A stretch of 64,000 nucleotides of DNA from an uncultured Chthonomonadaceae bacterium (GTDB lineage: Bacteria; Armatimonadota; Chthonomonadetes; Chthonomonadales; Chthonomonadaceae): positions 32,001 to 96,000 of the forward strand of contig CAWIEK010000068.1 of the NCBI GenBank assembly GCA_963835065.1, given 5' to 3'. The notes beneath the pieces are model-generated. The model did not search any database. It was not told where the DNA came from and saw nothing but the letters and a program-made list of their open reading frames with translations. Positions 38,459 to 48,482 of the stretch are shown piece after piece (the first letter of the stretch is position 1; the number at the start of each line of letters is the position of its first letter). Made by a program: the position numbers and the translations under genes.

Positions 38459-39283
38459 TTATCCCTTATTCCTGAACATTCGCGCGGCTTCGTCCATGCG
38501 GATGAAGGTTGCTCTCATGTCGCGCAGGGCCGTGATGAGGCGTTCGAGCATCAACATGCGGTGGCCCCTGCCGATGACCTGCGGATGGAACGTGTACGTC
38601 AGGACGCCCCATTCTTCGGTTTGCGCCATGTAGCGGAAATCGTCCAGCCAGTTTGCCAGCACGTCGTCGGCGCGCTGCAGGCCGGGCAAAATGCCGTTCG
38701 GCCCGCTGCGAAACTCGAAGTGCGGAAAATCGTCCAGCGACCAACTGATCGGCATCTCGATCAGGGAAGAAGGCTGCCCGAAGCGGGCGGGCGCGTCTTT
38801 CGGAAACTGATCGCCGATGCGGGCATAATACGGGTGATGATCGTGCGCCATCATGCTGCTGTCGTATACAAAGCCATGCGCAAGGAGCAGTTCCATCGTG
38901 TTGGGGCTTAAATCCCACGCGGGCGAACGGTAGCCGCGCGGCTTCTGCGCTGTCACGCGCTCGATGCAGGCGATACCGCGCAACAGTACCGCCTCCTCTT
39001 CCTCCCGCGTGAGTTGTCCGGGCGGTTCGTGCAGGTAGCCGTGATGCGCGATCTCATGGCCTTCCACATGGATGCGGGCGCAAATATCGGGATAGGTGTC
39101 GAGGGTATGCCCCGGCGTGAACCACGTTCCCTGAATGTCGTGCTTTTGCAGCAGGGCCAGCAGGCGCCCCGCGCCGACAATGCCGAACTCGCCCCGCGAC
39201 AACTGCGTGGGCGTCGCCATATCCCGGTAAATCCAGGGCGAAACGGCGTCAAAATCAAAGGTTAAACATACATAGTGTTGCAT
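38459..39283 (-). CDS. Polysaccharide deacetylase (PuuE/HP0310-like CE4)
   Basis: LTFDFDA, GHEIAHHGYLHE, GYRSPAW, YDSSMM and TFHPQVIGR. Confidence 0.93.
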   Translation of the reverse strand: MQHYVCLTFDFDAVSPWIYRDMATPTQLSRGEFGIVGAGRLLALLQKHDIQGTWFTPGHTLDTYPDICARIHVEGHEIAHHGYLHEPPGQLTREEEEAVLLRGIACIERVTAQKPRGYRSPAWDLSPNTMELLLAHGFVYDSSMMAHDHHPYYARIGDQFPKDAPARFGQPSSLIEMPISWSLDDFPHFEFRSGPNGILPGLQRADDVLANWLDDFRYMAQTEEWGVLTYTFHPQVIGRGHRMLMLERLITALRDMRATFIRMDEAARMFRNKG

Positions 39284-39351
39284 AAGCGGCGCTTCAAGAT
39301 TCGGCAATCCAATATGTCTAGGAGTAAGCGCGAAAGCTGCCCGGTTGACAA

Positions 39352-39828
39352 TCAAGCAGGCGGCGCGCGGCGAGGTTTAGGCCGCGTGGTTCCCGATTTA
39401 CGCGAACCCGGTGTTTTGCCGCCTGTGTTTTTGCCGTCCGGCATGGGAGTGTTGGGAAACAGGAACTTAACCACAATCAGGGAAATGCCGACGATTTGTA
39501 AGAAGTTCTCGCCCACGACAAGTTTGATTAAGCTGTCGTATTTGCTGAAATCGAACCACTTCAGCCCGACGCCGACCACGATCCACCCCTGAAAAAGAAT
39601 CATAATCAGCAGCAGAAAGAAAGCGAACCAGGACCAGTGCGTTCTGAGCAGATAGTATTTCTGTAGCCCTTCCCGTTCAACATCAATGCGTTTGATTTCC
39701 GCCTGTTCGCGCAGGGAGGCAGCTCGAAGCGAGGCCTGATCCTGACGCGCCACAGTCGCAGGCGGATTGGACGGGGCGCTCTCTTTCTTGATGCGCGCGA
39801 CAAGATCATTATCAGGAGCGGAAGCCAC
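39352..39828 (-). CDS. Two-TM membrane protein
   Basis: TM1 WSWFAFFLLLIMILFQGWIVVGVGL and TM2 FLQIVGISLIVVKFLFP. GTG start overlaps the upstream gene by 17 nt. Confidence 0.8.
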   Translation of the reverse strand: MASAPDNDLVARIKKESAPSNPPATVARQDQASLRAASLREQAEIKRIDVEREGLQKYYLLRTHWSWFAFFLLLIMILFQGWIVVGVGLKWFDFSKYDSLIKLVVGENFLQIVGISLIVVKFLFPNTPMPDGKNTGGKTPGSRKSGTTRPKPRRAPPA

Positions 39829-40390
39829 TTAGTAATCCCCGGAAGGACAGCCCCCTGCTTTCCTCTTTCGCGCTGTCGGCCTGCTTAAACAGTTTACGAC
39901 GGAATACGATGAGGTCTGCCGGTACGCCAAAGATAATCGCCAGATTGCTGTCGCCTACATGATCGTTCTTTTGCGAAATGCTATCGTATTCCTGCCAGAA
40001 TTTATCCGGCATCATCAGATACGCCGCAAATACATCGGCTTCGTTTTCGCGTGGATTGTCTCCGGCTGTTCCGATAGGGCGGTGGCGAAGGATGCTCAGG
40101 TCGGAGTTGGTTTGCAGTTCGTCTTTGTACAGCAGCCAGAGTCCAAGTTCATAGGCAACCGCGAAGGTCTTGAAGGCAGGCATGTCCGCGCTGTTAAGAG
40201 CAATAGTATTATCTGCAATGTCAATGTAACCGGCAATATCGCTGAAATCATTTGAAAAGGTAAACTCGTGGACGCTCAAACCGTACTGGCGCGCGATGTC
40301 GTAAACAGGCACGGGCGGAAGCGTAATAGGATAACGCGCCAGCACTTCATTGGCCTTGATTTGGGCCGGTGAAACATCTGTATCGGGCAT
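39812..40390 (-). CDS. ImmA/IrrE-family metallopeptidase homolog with degenerate HExxH (YELGL)
   Basis: PPVPVYDIA..YGL.V, DIAGYI, IALNS, TFAVAYELGLWLL, ENEADVFAAYLMMP and LAIIFGV. Confidence 0.85.
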   Translation of the reverse strand: MPDTDVSPAQIKANEVLARYPITLPPVPVYDIARQYGLSVHEFTFSNDFSDIAGYIDIADNTIALNSADMPAFKTFAVAYELGLWLLYKDELQTNSDLSILRHRPIGTAGDNPRENEADVFAAYLMMPDKFWQEYDSISQKNDHVGDSNLAIIFGVPADLIVFRRKLFKQADSAKEESRGLSFRGLLSGFRS

Positions 40391-40589
40391 AACCGTTCCT
40401 TTCGCGCAACGGACTTGCGCGGCACACTTCAGATTGGCTGATAGCATCGGTTAATTTTCTATACGCGCCTGAAAACAAAACAATGGCGTGTTTGACCTGA
40501 AAATTCGCGTGGAATTCTCTGCCTGTTCGCCACGCCATGAGGACTTACCTTCCGGTGAGAATTACCCGTTGGCAGCTCAACTCGCGCCA

Positions 40590-42443
40590 TTACTTGCCAC
40601 TTGCGCCCTGCGCCGCGCGGATTAATCCCTTGAATACAGGCGCGAGTTGGTTAAGATCGGCTTTGGGAAGGCGGTCATAGGTTAATAAGCCGTTGAGTTC
40701 CTGCTCCACGTCCGTTAATTGCGTGTACACGAAGCCCGATAGATTCTGCGCTTCAAACAACTGGCTTGTCTGGAAGCGGACGCGGCTGATCAAGCCTTCG
40801 GGGTCGCGTACCGTCTGGTAGCCCCAACCCTGCGTCCACGTATGGCTGGGAACGGGAAGGGCGATGCCGCCGTACTCGCCCACCACTTTCGGCTTGATTG
40901 GGTTGGTGACGCCCTGCCGGAGCAGATCATTGCCGTAGTCGTGAACGTCAATCACATCGGTCAGGCTGCGCTGCGTCCAGCCGCTTGCATCCGTAATCGG
41001 GCGGCTGGTGTCGAACGAACGCGTCAGGCGTACAATGCTGTCCTGAAACTCCTGCGGGTCGCCCCAGTTCTCGTTGAACGGTATCCAGTGGACGACGCAC
41101 GGATAATTGCGCACATCGGCCATTACTTCGATCCACTCGTTGGCGAAACTTTCGCGCGCTTCGGGCGTGTTCAGGCTGTGGCTGGAGGGCATGTCCTGCC
41201 ACACGGCCACGCCCAACCGGTCGCACCAGTAGTACCAGCGCGGGTCTTCCACCTTGACGTGCTTACGCGCCATGTTGAAGCCGAGTTTCTTAATCATTTC
41301 CACGTCGTTTTTGATGGCCGCGTCTGTGGGCGGCGTGTAAATGCCGTCCGGCCAGAATCCCTGATCCAAAACGCCGCGATAAAAGTAAGGCTTGCCGTTG
41401 AGCGTCAATCGTCCATTTGCAATTCCCACTGTTCGGAAGGCGGTGTACGACTTCACCTCGTCCACAATCTTACCGTTCTGCTTCAAGCGCAGGGTCACGT
41501 CGTACAGCGCGGGCGTTTCGGGCGTCCAGGGCGCGACGTTGGGCAGGGAAATATGGAGAATGGGATTTTGGAGCGGCGCTACCGTCTGTGTTACGGTTGC
41601 CTTCTGCCCCTTGCGGGCAATGATGGTTTCCAGCGTCACGTCCTGCCTGCCCGTGACCTGTACGCCCAGCGTTAAATCGCCCTTGTGCCCCTCTTCCGAG
41701 AAACCGAGCGTCAGCGTCATGCGGTCAATGTGGATGGGCGCAACGGGTTCCAGCCACACGGTTTGCCAGATTCCGGTGGTGCGCGTGTACCAGATGCTTT
41801 CGCTGCCTAATTGCTTGCCTTTGGGCTGCTTGCCGTCTTTCTTCGGATCGGCAGGGTCGAATACGGCGACGGTCACTTCCTGTGGCCCGTCCGGTTTCAG
41901 CGCGGTTGTGATGTCGCACGTAAATGGCGTGTACCCACCCACATGCTCGCCCACCATTTTGCCATTGACGTAAACCGTCGTTTGCCAGTCCACCGCGCCG
42001 AAGTTAAGCAATACGCGCCTGCCGCTCCACGCCGGAGGGACCGTAAATTCGCGCCGATACCAGAGGTGTTCGTGAACTTCCTTGCCTTTGCCGATACCCG
42101 ACAGCGCGGCCTCGAACGTGAACGGAACCAGGATGCGCTCCGGCAGGTCATGCCCGGACTTCCAGCCCAAACTTGCGCCCTTCTCGGCATCGTCGAACGC
42201 GAATTGCCACAGCCCGTTGAGCGACTGCCATTCTTTGCGAACCATGAGCGGTCGCGGGTATTCGGGACGCGGCTTGTCGGGCGACACATCGCGGGCAAAG
42301 CGCGTCATCAGGGGCGCAGCAGCGGGCTTCCACGCCAAAGTATTGTCTAATTGTTGCGCCCAAGTTCTTGCGCCACCGGTTAAGGCCATGATAGCCAGAA
42401 CATTTACCCCATAGAAGCGCCGCCACTTTTGAACTGTTATCAA
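40590..42443 (-). CDS. Glycoside hydrolase family 2 (secreted)
   Basis: EYPRP..R..WQSLNG.WQF, LNFGAVDW, GIWQTVWLE, LDQGFWPDG, RKHVKVE, FNENWG and EYGG. Confidence 0.95.
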   Translation of the reverse strand: MITVQKWRRFYGVNVLAIMALTGGARTWAQQLDNTLAWKPAAAPLMTRFARDVSPDKPRPEYPRPLMVRKEWQSLNGLWQFAFDDAEKGASLGWKSGHDLPERILVPFTFEAALSGIGKGKEVHEHLWYRREFTVPPAWSGRRVLLNFGAVDWQTTVYVNGKMVGEHVGGYTPFTCDITTALKPDGPQEVTVAVFDPADPKKDGKQPKGKQLGSESIWYTRTTGIWQTVWLEPVAPIHIDRMTLTLGFSEEGHKGDLTLGVQVTGRQDVTLETIIARKGQKATVTQTVAPLQNPILHISLPNVAPWTPETPALYDVTLRLKQNGKIVDEVKSYTAFRTVGIANGRLTLNGKPYFYRGVLDQGFWPDGIYTPPTDAAIKNDVEMIKKLGFNMARKHVKVEDPRWYYWCDRLGVAVWQDMPSSHSLNTPEARESFANEWIEVMADVRNYPCVVHWIPFNENWGDPQEFQDSIVRLTRSFDTSRPITDASGWTQRSLTDVIDVHDYGNDLLRQGVTNPIKPKVVGEYGGIALPVPSHTWTQGWGYQTVRDPEGLISRVRFQTSQLFEAQNLSGFVYTQLTDVEQELNGLLTYDRLPKADLNQLAPVFKGLIRAAQGASGK

Positions 42444-42499
42444 AATAAAGCTCTCCCAAAAACATAGTCATTACTTCTGAGGAATGTACTGAACCCTAC

Positions 42500-43102
42500 T
42501 CATGGCACGTTTTTAGCGCAGGCGGCAATTACGGCATCCAACGCGCCGAGCAGTTCCGGCAGATTACGCATTGGATAGAGTTGCGTTTCGTAAACCTCGC
42601 TGTTTTGGGTTAATTTGTAGAACTGCCAATCCTGCCCGTTGCTGACGATGCCGAAAATATCCGGCGCATGATTCTTCTGGTGGTTTTTCCATACGCAGGC
42701 TGCCATTTCCGCGACGCATTGCGCGCGTCCCTGCTCGAAATCATCCCGTTTGGCTTCCGCCACGCACAGCAGCGGCGTCGCAATGTAAACTCGTTTGGGC
42801 GTAATGAGATAGTCTGCTACGCCTCGCAGAGTGTCCGTTTCCAGCGCGGCGGCCTTCCACACCTTCAGTCGGGGATAGTTCGGCACGATTTCACCGAATA
42901 GATTATCCATGAGCAGCGTTTTGGCCTGTTCGGTTGTTTGCAGGTCGAACGCTTCCAGGCGGCGCAGGTTTTCTTGCAGCGTGTCGCTTGGCAGGCGCAG
43001 CGGCGCGTTCAGCGTCCAGGGCGTAAACTGCTCCGCCGGAATAAGCTGCATGGCTTCTTCCAGGTTGATAGCCGAGTATTTGCGTTTGATGCGTCCTGCC
43101 AT
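42500..43102 (-). CDS. PD-(D/E)XK-like hypothetical protein
   Basis: GVADYLI, CVAEAKRDDFEQGRAQCVAEM and IFGIVSNGQDWQFYKL. Confidence 0.75.
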   Translation of the reverse strand: MAGRIKRKYSAINLEEAMQLIPAEQFTPWTLNAPLRLPSDTLQENLRRLEAFDLQTTEQAKTLLMDNLFGEIVPNYPRLKVWKAAALETDTLRGVADYLITPKRVYIATPLLCVAEAKRDDFEQGRAQCVAEMAACVWKNHQKNHAPDIFGIVSNGQDWQFYKLTQNSEVYETQLYPMRNLPELLGALDAVIAACAKNVP

Positions 43103-43129
43103 GTTTCTGCTTATTACCTTTGCGCCGGT

Positions 43130-43909
43130 TTAACCATGCGCCTTCAGTGTTTCCAACTGGCGCAGGCCGACTTCCATAATGGCCGTGTCCGGCAGCACTT
43201 CGAGGGGGGAGTAGTTGGGATGCGGGCCGGGCTTGTAGGGGTCGTTGCGGGCGGCGTTGTAACAGCAGATCAGGCCCCAGCGCGGGTTGGGACTGCGGTT
43301 CTGGTCGGAGCGGTGCAGGGTGTTGGAATGGAAGAACAGGGCGTCGCCCGCATTCATTTCCGCGTACACCAGTTCCATGCGCTCCAGAGCGGCATTGACG
43401 CGCTCCATATTCGCGCCCGTTTGCTCACCCGATTTGCCGTGTTCGATGCGCCCCATCTGCTGCGAACCGGCAATCAGCTGCATACAGCCGTTTTCTTTTG
43501 TGGCGGGATCAATGGCGACATAGCAGCTTGCCATATAGGGGAACAGGCAGCCGTTGTTGTACCAGTAGCCATAGTCCTGATGCCATTCCCACGCGCCGCC
43601 TTCAAAGGGCTTTTTGGCGGAAACTTTGTGGTGGTAGTGGTACACTTCGCCGCCAAGCATGGCTTCCATAGGCCGTACCATCTTTTCGGCCTGCACAATG
43701 GCGCTGTAAATGGTGTCGGACAGGGTATTGGTCAGCGCAAGCTGCGCGGTTCCGCCCTGCGCGTCCTTGCGCAGCGACATTTTAGAGGCAAGCGCCCCAT
43801 CCAATCGGGAAATCTCAGACAGCAGGCGGGTTTCTTCTCCCGACAGCAGGCCGGGAACAATCACGTATCCCTGCTCGTTGAAGTAATCAATTTGCGTTGT
43901 GTCTAGCAT
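43130..43909 (-). CDS. Phytanoyl-CoA dioxygenase (PhyH) family protein
   Basis: WEWHQDYGYW, ENGCMQLIAGS, GDALFFHSNTLHRSDQNRS and AAGGAG RBS. Confidence 0.93.
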   Translation of the reverse strand: MLDTTQIDYFNEQGYVIVPGLLSGEETRLLSEISRLDGALASKMSLRKDAQGGTAQLALTNTLSDTIYSAIVQAEKMVRPMEAMLGGEVYHYHHKVSAKKPFEGGAWEWHQDYGYWYNNGCLFPYMASCYVAIDPATKENGCMQLIAGSQQMGRIEHGKSGEQTGANMERVNAALERMELVYAEMNAGDALFFHSNTLHRSDQNRSPNPRWGLICCYNAARNDPYKPGPHPNYSPLEVLPDTAIMEVGLRQLETLKAHG

Positions 43910-44187
43910 TATATTCTTCTCCTTACCACACAGACAGGATAAAATTCCATAGCAAATGTAAGTTCGCCGCAGTGAGAAGCGGTTCCTGCATACGCGAACA
44001 GCATGGCCCGCATTATTCAAGCATTGTTCAGGCGTGGGGAAAAGCAACGCAGGAAAAATCAGGGAGTTAACGAAATATAGCGGTAGTTTTGTTCGCGCCG
44101 CCCCGAAAAATTTGCCTTGTGACGCTTTCCGGGATCGGGACTCAGGCTGTAGTGGTATCAGCAACATCAGGCGCAGGAGAAACAACA

Positions 44188-45094
44188 ATGGCAACCTTGG
44201 AAACCTTAGAAACAATCCGACAGCCGCGCGGCGACAAGCCTGTTCGTAAACGCGCAATCTATTACCCAACGGGAGACGGCAAGCCGATGGCCGAAGACAC
44301 GCTGCATCGCAAACAGATGGCCTACTGCTGTGACGCCCTCGAATACCGCTTTGCGTCACGTCCTGATGTATACGTAGCAGGCAATGACTTTGTGTACTAT
44401 GTGGAAGGCCAGCCCAGGATACGGGTGTCGCCCGACTGCTATGTGGTGATTGGCGTTGAAAAGAAGCGGCGCAAGTTCTACAAGCTGTGGGAGGAGAACA
44501 ACATCCCGCCGGCAGTTGTGTTTGAGATTACGTCCAAAGCCACGCAGAAAGAAGATGTGGAGGACAAGCGGCCTTTGTATGAGCAAACCTTGCGCGTAGC
44601 CGAATACTTTCAGTTCGACCCGACAGGCGACTATCTGCATCCCCGTTTGCAGGGACAGCGTTTGCAGGAGGGAAGATACCAGAACATCGAACTGCGCGAC
44701 AACCGCATGTTCAGTGAGCAGTTAGGACTGGAACTGGTGGCTCAAGACGACGCGCTTCGCTTCTACGATCCGGCAGGGGGCGAGTGGCTGCGTACCTACG
44801 AAGAAGCCGAAGCCCAACGTCTGGCGGCAGAACTTCATGCCCAGGAGGAAGCCCAACGCGCCAATGAAGAAGCCCAACGCGCTCGACACCAACAAGAACG
44901 GCCCAAGCGAAGCGCAACGCGCGCGACAACAAGAAGAACGCGCCAACGAAGAAGCGCAACGTGCTGAACTCGAAGCGCAACGCGCTCAACAACAAGAAGA
45001 GCGCGCCGAACTGGAAGCGCAGCGCGCCCAAAATGCCGAAGCGGAGTTAGCGCGATTGCGCGCCGAACTGGAAACTTTGCACCGACGGCAGTAA
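44188..45094 (+). CDS. Uma2 family endonuclease with repetitive coiled-coil tail (frameshift near 44900)
   Basis: DGKPMAE, SPDCYVV, PAVVFEITS and EYFQFDP. The tail has EEAQRA repeats ending AELARLRAELE. Confidence 0.9.
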
Positions 45095-45133
45095 CTTTTC
45101 AAGCAGTGTTGTTGATTATGAGCGCTGGTGATT

Positions 45134-47176
45134 TTACTTCATCTCATACGCTACCGAAACCATTTCCGGTTCGGCGTCCGTGTTGATCTTGTAGGTGAAG
45201 GGCAGTTTGGTGACGACGGTCTTGAAGGTTTTTTCCTGCCCGTTTTCTTTCCATTTGTGGACGACGGCGAACGGCTTGAACGCGCTTGAACCGGTGGAGG
45301 CAAGCGGGTCTTTGTAATCGGCGTCGGCGCGGAAGGAGAAGACGCCAATCGTGTTGTTGCCGGTCATTTCGTAGCGGAGCAAGGCTTTGCGCGTTCTGGC
45401 GGGAATGTTGGCGAAGCGAAAGTATCTGGTTGTGGCGGGCGTGGGACCATTGATCTGGCCCGCGTCCGTCCACGTTTGGCCGTTATCGAAGCTGAGTTTG
45501 AGTTTTACAACATCCTTGTCGCCCCGCGCCCGGATGTGCGCGCCGAAACTCAAGGCGGTTATGTCACCCGGCGTTTCGATGGGAACCGTCATGCTGCCCA
45601 CGCCCCCCTGCCACCAACACCCGCCGCCATCCGTCAGGCGCAGGTTGTCGAATTGAACGCCCATTGTGCCGGACGTTTCATTTTTGGTAAAGTTCGTGTC
45701 GGGCGTGATGCGGCAATTGATCGTTCGCGTGGCAATGTTTGTGTCCGTGTCTGCAGCAACTGTCAGCGTATTCGCGCCCTTTCCTAACCAGGGCAGAGTG
45801 CGGGGCGCGTGCTGAATGTCGTTTTCAATGGCGAGGCTGTTCAGTCCCGCTCCGCCAGGTGTCGCGGCTTTTACTTCGATTTTCAACTGGTAGGCGTAGC
45901 GGCGTGTGACGCGCTCGCCAAGATCAAGAGTGGTTTCCGTCGCGCCGGGTTTGTCGCTGCTCCAGAGCGGCGCGAATGTCCGCCCGTTGTTAGTGGACAG
46001 GGAAACGGTTACTTTGTCCTGACGGCTGCGGGCAATGGCGTTGATTTTGATGCGCCCGCCGAGATACACATACGGCGAGTTCATTTCAAGAATGGCGATG
46101 CCGGATTTACCGGACGTTTTTACATGCAGCGCGGGAGTGGCGGCAGTGGCGTTGCCGGACGCGAGATTGTCATATACAAGCGCCCCCTGCGCCAATTCGT
46201 CATGGGCTAAATCGGGCGCGTAGCGGTGATAGCCGTTGCCGACCACGCCGCCATGATAACCGGGCATGTAATCGGGCACATACGCGAGATCGCCCTGCGG
46301 AACCTGTTCTGTGAGCATCACGAAGTTAGGGTCAACGTCTTTGTTGACGTGCAGGCCGTGATTGCCCGCGTCGCGCACTAAGGATTCTCCGGGGCGCAGG
46401 GAAAACAGGGCGCGGTGTCCGATCTGGTAGCCGTACTCGTAAACTTCACTGCTGCGGTTGTATTCCAGCATCGTGGCGTCCCAGCCGTGCGTTCGGGCGG
46501 GATAATAGCCCATGCGAATGGTCGCGTTGTTGGCAAGCAGTTTGGGGCCGTTCGCTTTCCAGCCCATCCAGCCGTCGCTTTTCATTAACTGGAATATCTT
46601 GTCCCCATTACCCTCGTAGCCGGGATTGGCTTTGTACCAGTCCTTGACGGCTTTGCTGATGTCATCCACGCCCGCAATGTCGCCGTTTTCGGGTTTGGGG
46701 AACAGGGTAATCAGCGAGCAGTCGAACATGTGCCACGTATCGTTGTACTTCACTTCGGGAACGCTGTGGCCGTTGAGGATGCGCCCGCGCGCTTCGCGCC
46801 CGTCCAGCCGATTGAGCGCTTCGATGAGGGACGAGCAGCAGCAGCACATGCAGTAGCCGTACACGTCGAAAATTTTCACGGGGTCATGGACTTCCCATTC
46901 GCCGGAAATGTACTCGTTGGCCGGAATGGTCTGATGCCGGTACTTGACCGCCGCTGTCCACAGGGCTTTGGAGCGCTGTTCATCCGTCATGCCGGGCCTG
47001 ATGAACGATTTCAGGATGTTTTCGGGCGTCGTGGTGTCGTCTATTTTGTCGGACAGCACTTTGAGGTTGTTGATCCGGCTGCCGCGAACGCTTGCCGTCT
47101 GCGCGACGAGGACAGCGGGAGCGAACAGCGAAAAGGCGACTGCGGACAGCAGCAGGGAGTGGTTAAAATTGCGCAT
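45134..47176 (-). CDS. Secreted transglutaminase-like protein
   Basis: Signal peptide. YGYCMCCCC...GHSVPEV...WHMFD gives a Cys-His-Asp triad order. Confidence 0.65.
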   Translation of the reverse strand: MRNFNHSLLLSAVAFSLFAPAVLVAQTASVRGSRINNLKVLSDKIDDTTTPENILKSFIRPGMTDEQRSKALWTAAVKYRHQTIPANEYISGEWEVHDPVKIFDVYGYCMCCCCSSLIEALNRLDGREARGRILNGHSVPEVKYNDTWHMFDCSLITLFPKPENGDIAGVDDISKAVKDWYKANPGYEGNGDKIFQLMKSDGWMGWKANGPKLLANNATIRMGYYPARTHGWDATMLEYNRSSEVYEYGYQIGHRALFSLRPGESLVRDAGNHGLHVNKDVDPNFVMLTEQVPQGDLAYVPDYMPGYHGGVVGNGYHRYAPDLAHDELAQGALVYDNLASGNATAATPALHVKTSGKSGIAILEMNSPYVYLGGRIKINAIARSRQDKVTVSLSTNNGRTFAPLWSSDKPGATETTLDLGERVTRRYAYQLKIEVKAATPGGAGLNSLAIENDIQHAPRTLPWLGKGANTLTVAADTDTNIATRTINCRITPDTNFTKNETSGTMGVQFDNLRLTDGGGCWWQGGVGSMTVPIETPGDITALSFGAHIRARGDKDVVKLKLSFDNGQTWTDAGQINGPTPATTRYFRFANIPARTRKALLRYEMTGNNTIGVFSFRADADYKDPLASTGSSAFKPFAVVHKWKENGQEKTFKTVVTKLPFTYKINTDAEPEMVSVAYEMK

Positions 47177-47218
47177 GTTTTGTTTTCTTTAATTGGAAAA
47201 ACAAGTACGAAACAGTTT

Positions 47219-47276
47219 CCCCTCCTCTGGCGTAATCAAGCGCGTGCGAACGCGCTTGATTACGCCAGAGGAGGGG
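47219..47276. repeat. Perfect 27-bp stem with GCGA/TCGC loop
   Basis: CCCCTCCTCTGGCGTAATCAAGCGCGT-GCGA-ACGCGCTTGATTACGCCAGAGGAGGGG. Confidence 0.95.
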
Positions 47277-47310
47277 CGGTGTCCCCAAGTGAACGTCCGG
47301 TGAGGTAAAT

Positions 47311-48228
47311 TTATTCTGTCGGCGGCGGGGGCGGGCCTCCCTGTCCGTCGTCACCACCGCGTCCACCTGGCGGGGGAGGAGGCATATCCGGGCCGCCTGG
47401 CCCGCCCTGTCCATCCGGCGGACCGAAGCCGGGGCCACCCTGCGGACGCGGTTGCTTTTGCCGGAAGGCTTCCACCACTTTGCGCTGGTCGGACGTGAGA
47501 AGCGCCATCGCTTTCTCGTGCTGCTGGTTGGGCTGCCCGCCCAGAGCGCTTGTTGCGCCGAACTGCCCGCTGCGCCGCGCCTGGTCGCCTGCTTGCTGGC
47601 GGCTGGAATTGTCTTGCGCCGGCCTGGCGTTCAGCGCGGCCAACTGCTGCTTTTGCTCCGCTGTGAGATGCAGGTCGCCGTAAACTTCCAGCGGAATTTG
47701 GGCGGCGCGCATGGCATCCAGCGTTTTGTACAATGCCGGCAAAGCCTGCTTCTGGCTGGCCGTCAGCGTGGCTTCGATCTGCTTGCCCATGCTCTGATCC
47801 AGGCTGCGAATTTTGTCCATCCGGGCGCGCATCGCTTCCGGGTCGGGCGGGCCACCCTGCGGCCCATCCTGGCCGGGCGGCGTGGGACGCGCCTGCTGCA
47901 TAAACTGCTTTTGCGCCTGCGCGATCTTTTCTTTTTGCGCGCTCGTCAGCTTCAGTTCGGCGTCCAGAACGGCCACAGGAATGTGCAGCGCGGTCATGGG
48001 CGGGCGGTTCATGCCGCGCATCCCCGGCCCGCCGGGTCCCCCGGGTCCGAAATTGCCGCCCGGTCCTCCCGGCCCGCCGCCTGGCGGGGGAGGCCCACCC
48101 TGCGGCCCCTGGCCGGGAGGCGGGCCGTCTTCCGGTCCCTGAGCGTGTGCGGGGAGCGCGCAGATGGCGCTTCCAAGCGCAGTGAACAAAGCCAAACCAG
48201 ACCAGACCTGCAAACGACGTGATTTCAT
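47311..48228 (-). CDS. Secreted Spy/CpxP-like (LTxxQ) Gly/Pro-rich protein
   Basis: Signal peptide ending AHAQ. LKLTSAQK, LTASQK, LTAEQK and LTSDQR. Confidence 0.8.
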   Translation of the reverse strand: MKSRRLQVWSGLALFTALGSAICALPAHAQGPEDGPPPGQGPQGGPPPPGGGPGGPGGNFGPGGPGGPGMRGMNRPPMTALHIPVAVLDAELKLTSAQKEKIAQAQKQFMQQARPTPPGQDGPQGGPPDPEAMRARMDKIRSLDQSMGKQIEATLTASQKQALPALYKTLDAMRAAQIPLEVYGDLHLTAEQKQQLAALNARPAQDNSSRQQAGDQARRSGQFGATSALGGQPNQQHEKAMALLTSDQRKVVEAFRQKQPRPQGGPGFGPPDGQGGPGGPDMPPPPPGGRGGDDGQGGPPPPPTE

Positions 48229-48482
48229 AGCGAATTTTCCTCTCCTTGCTATTGTACCCTGCTTCTGTAGTGTGTTAGCCATTGCAGCAGTTTAAGCGAT
48301 TGAGTTCAGTATAGGAGCAAACTATAAAATCCACATAAGAATATACCCGCGCGCTTGAAAAAAGTGAAAATCAAGCAGGGAATTTCTGCGCGAATGTTCA
48401 ATTGGCGTATGGAATGACAAATCGAACGGGGAACACAAACCGCAGGACAGCGGAGTTCCCCGTCGCGCAAAGGAGTAAGGGC

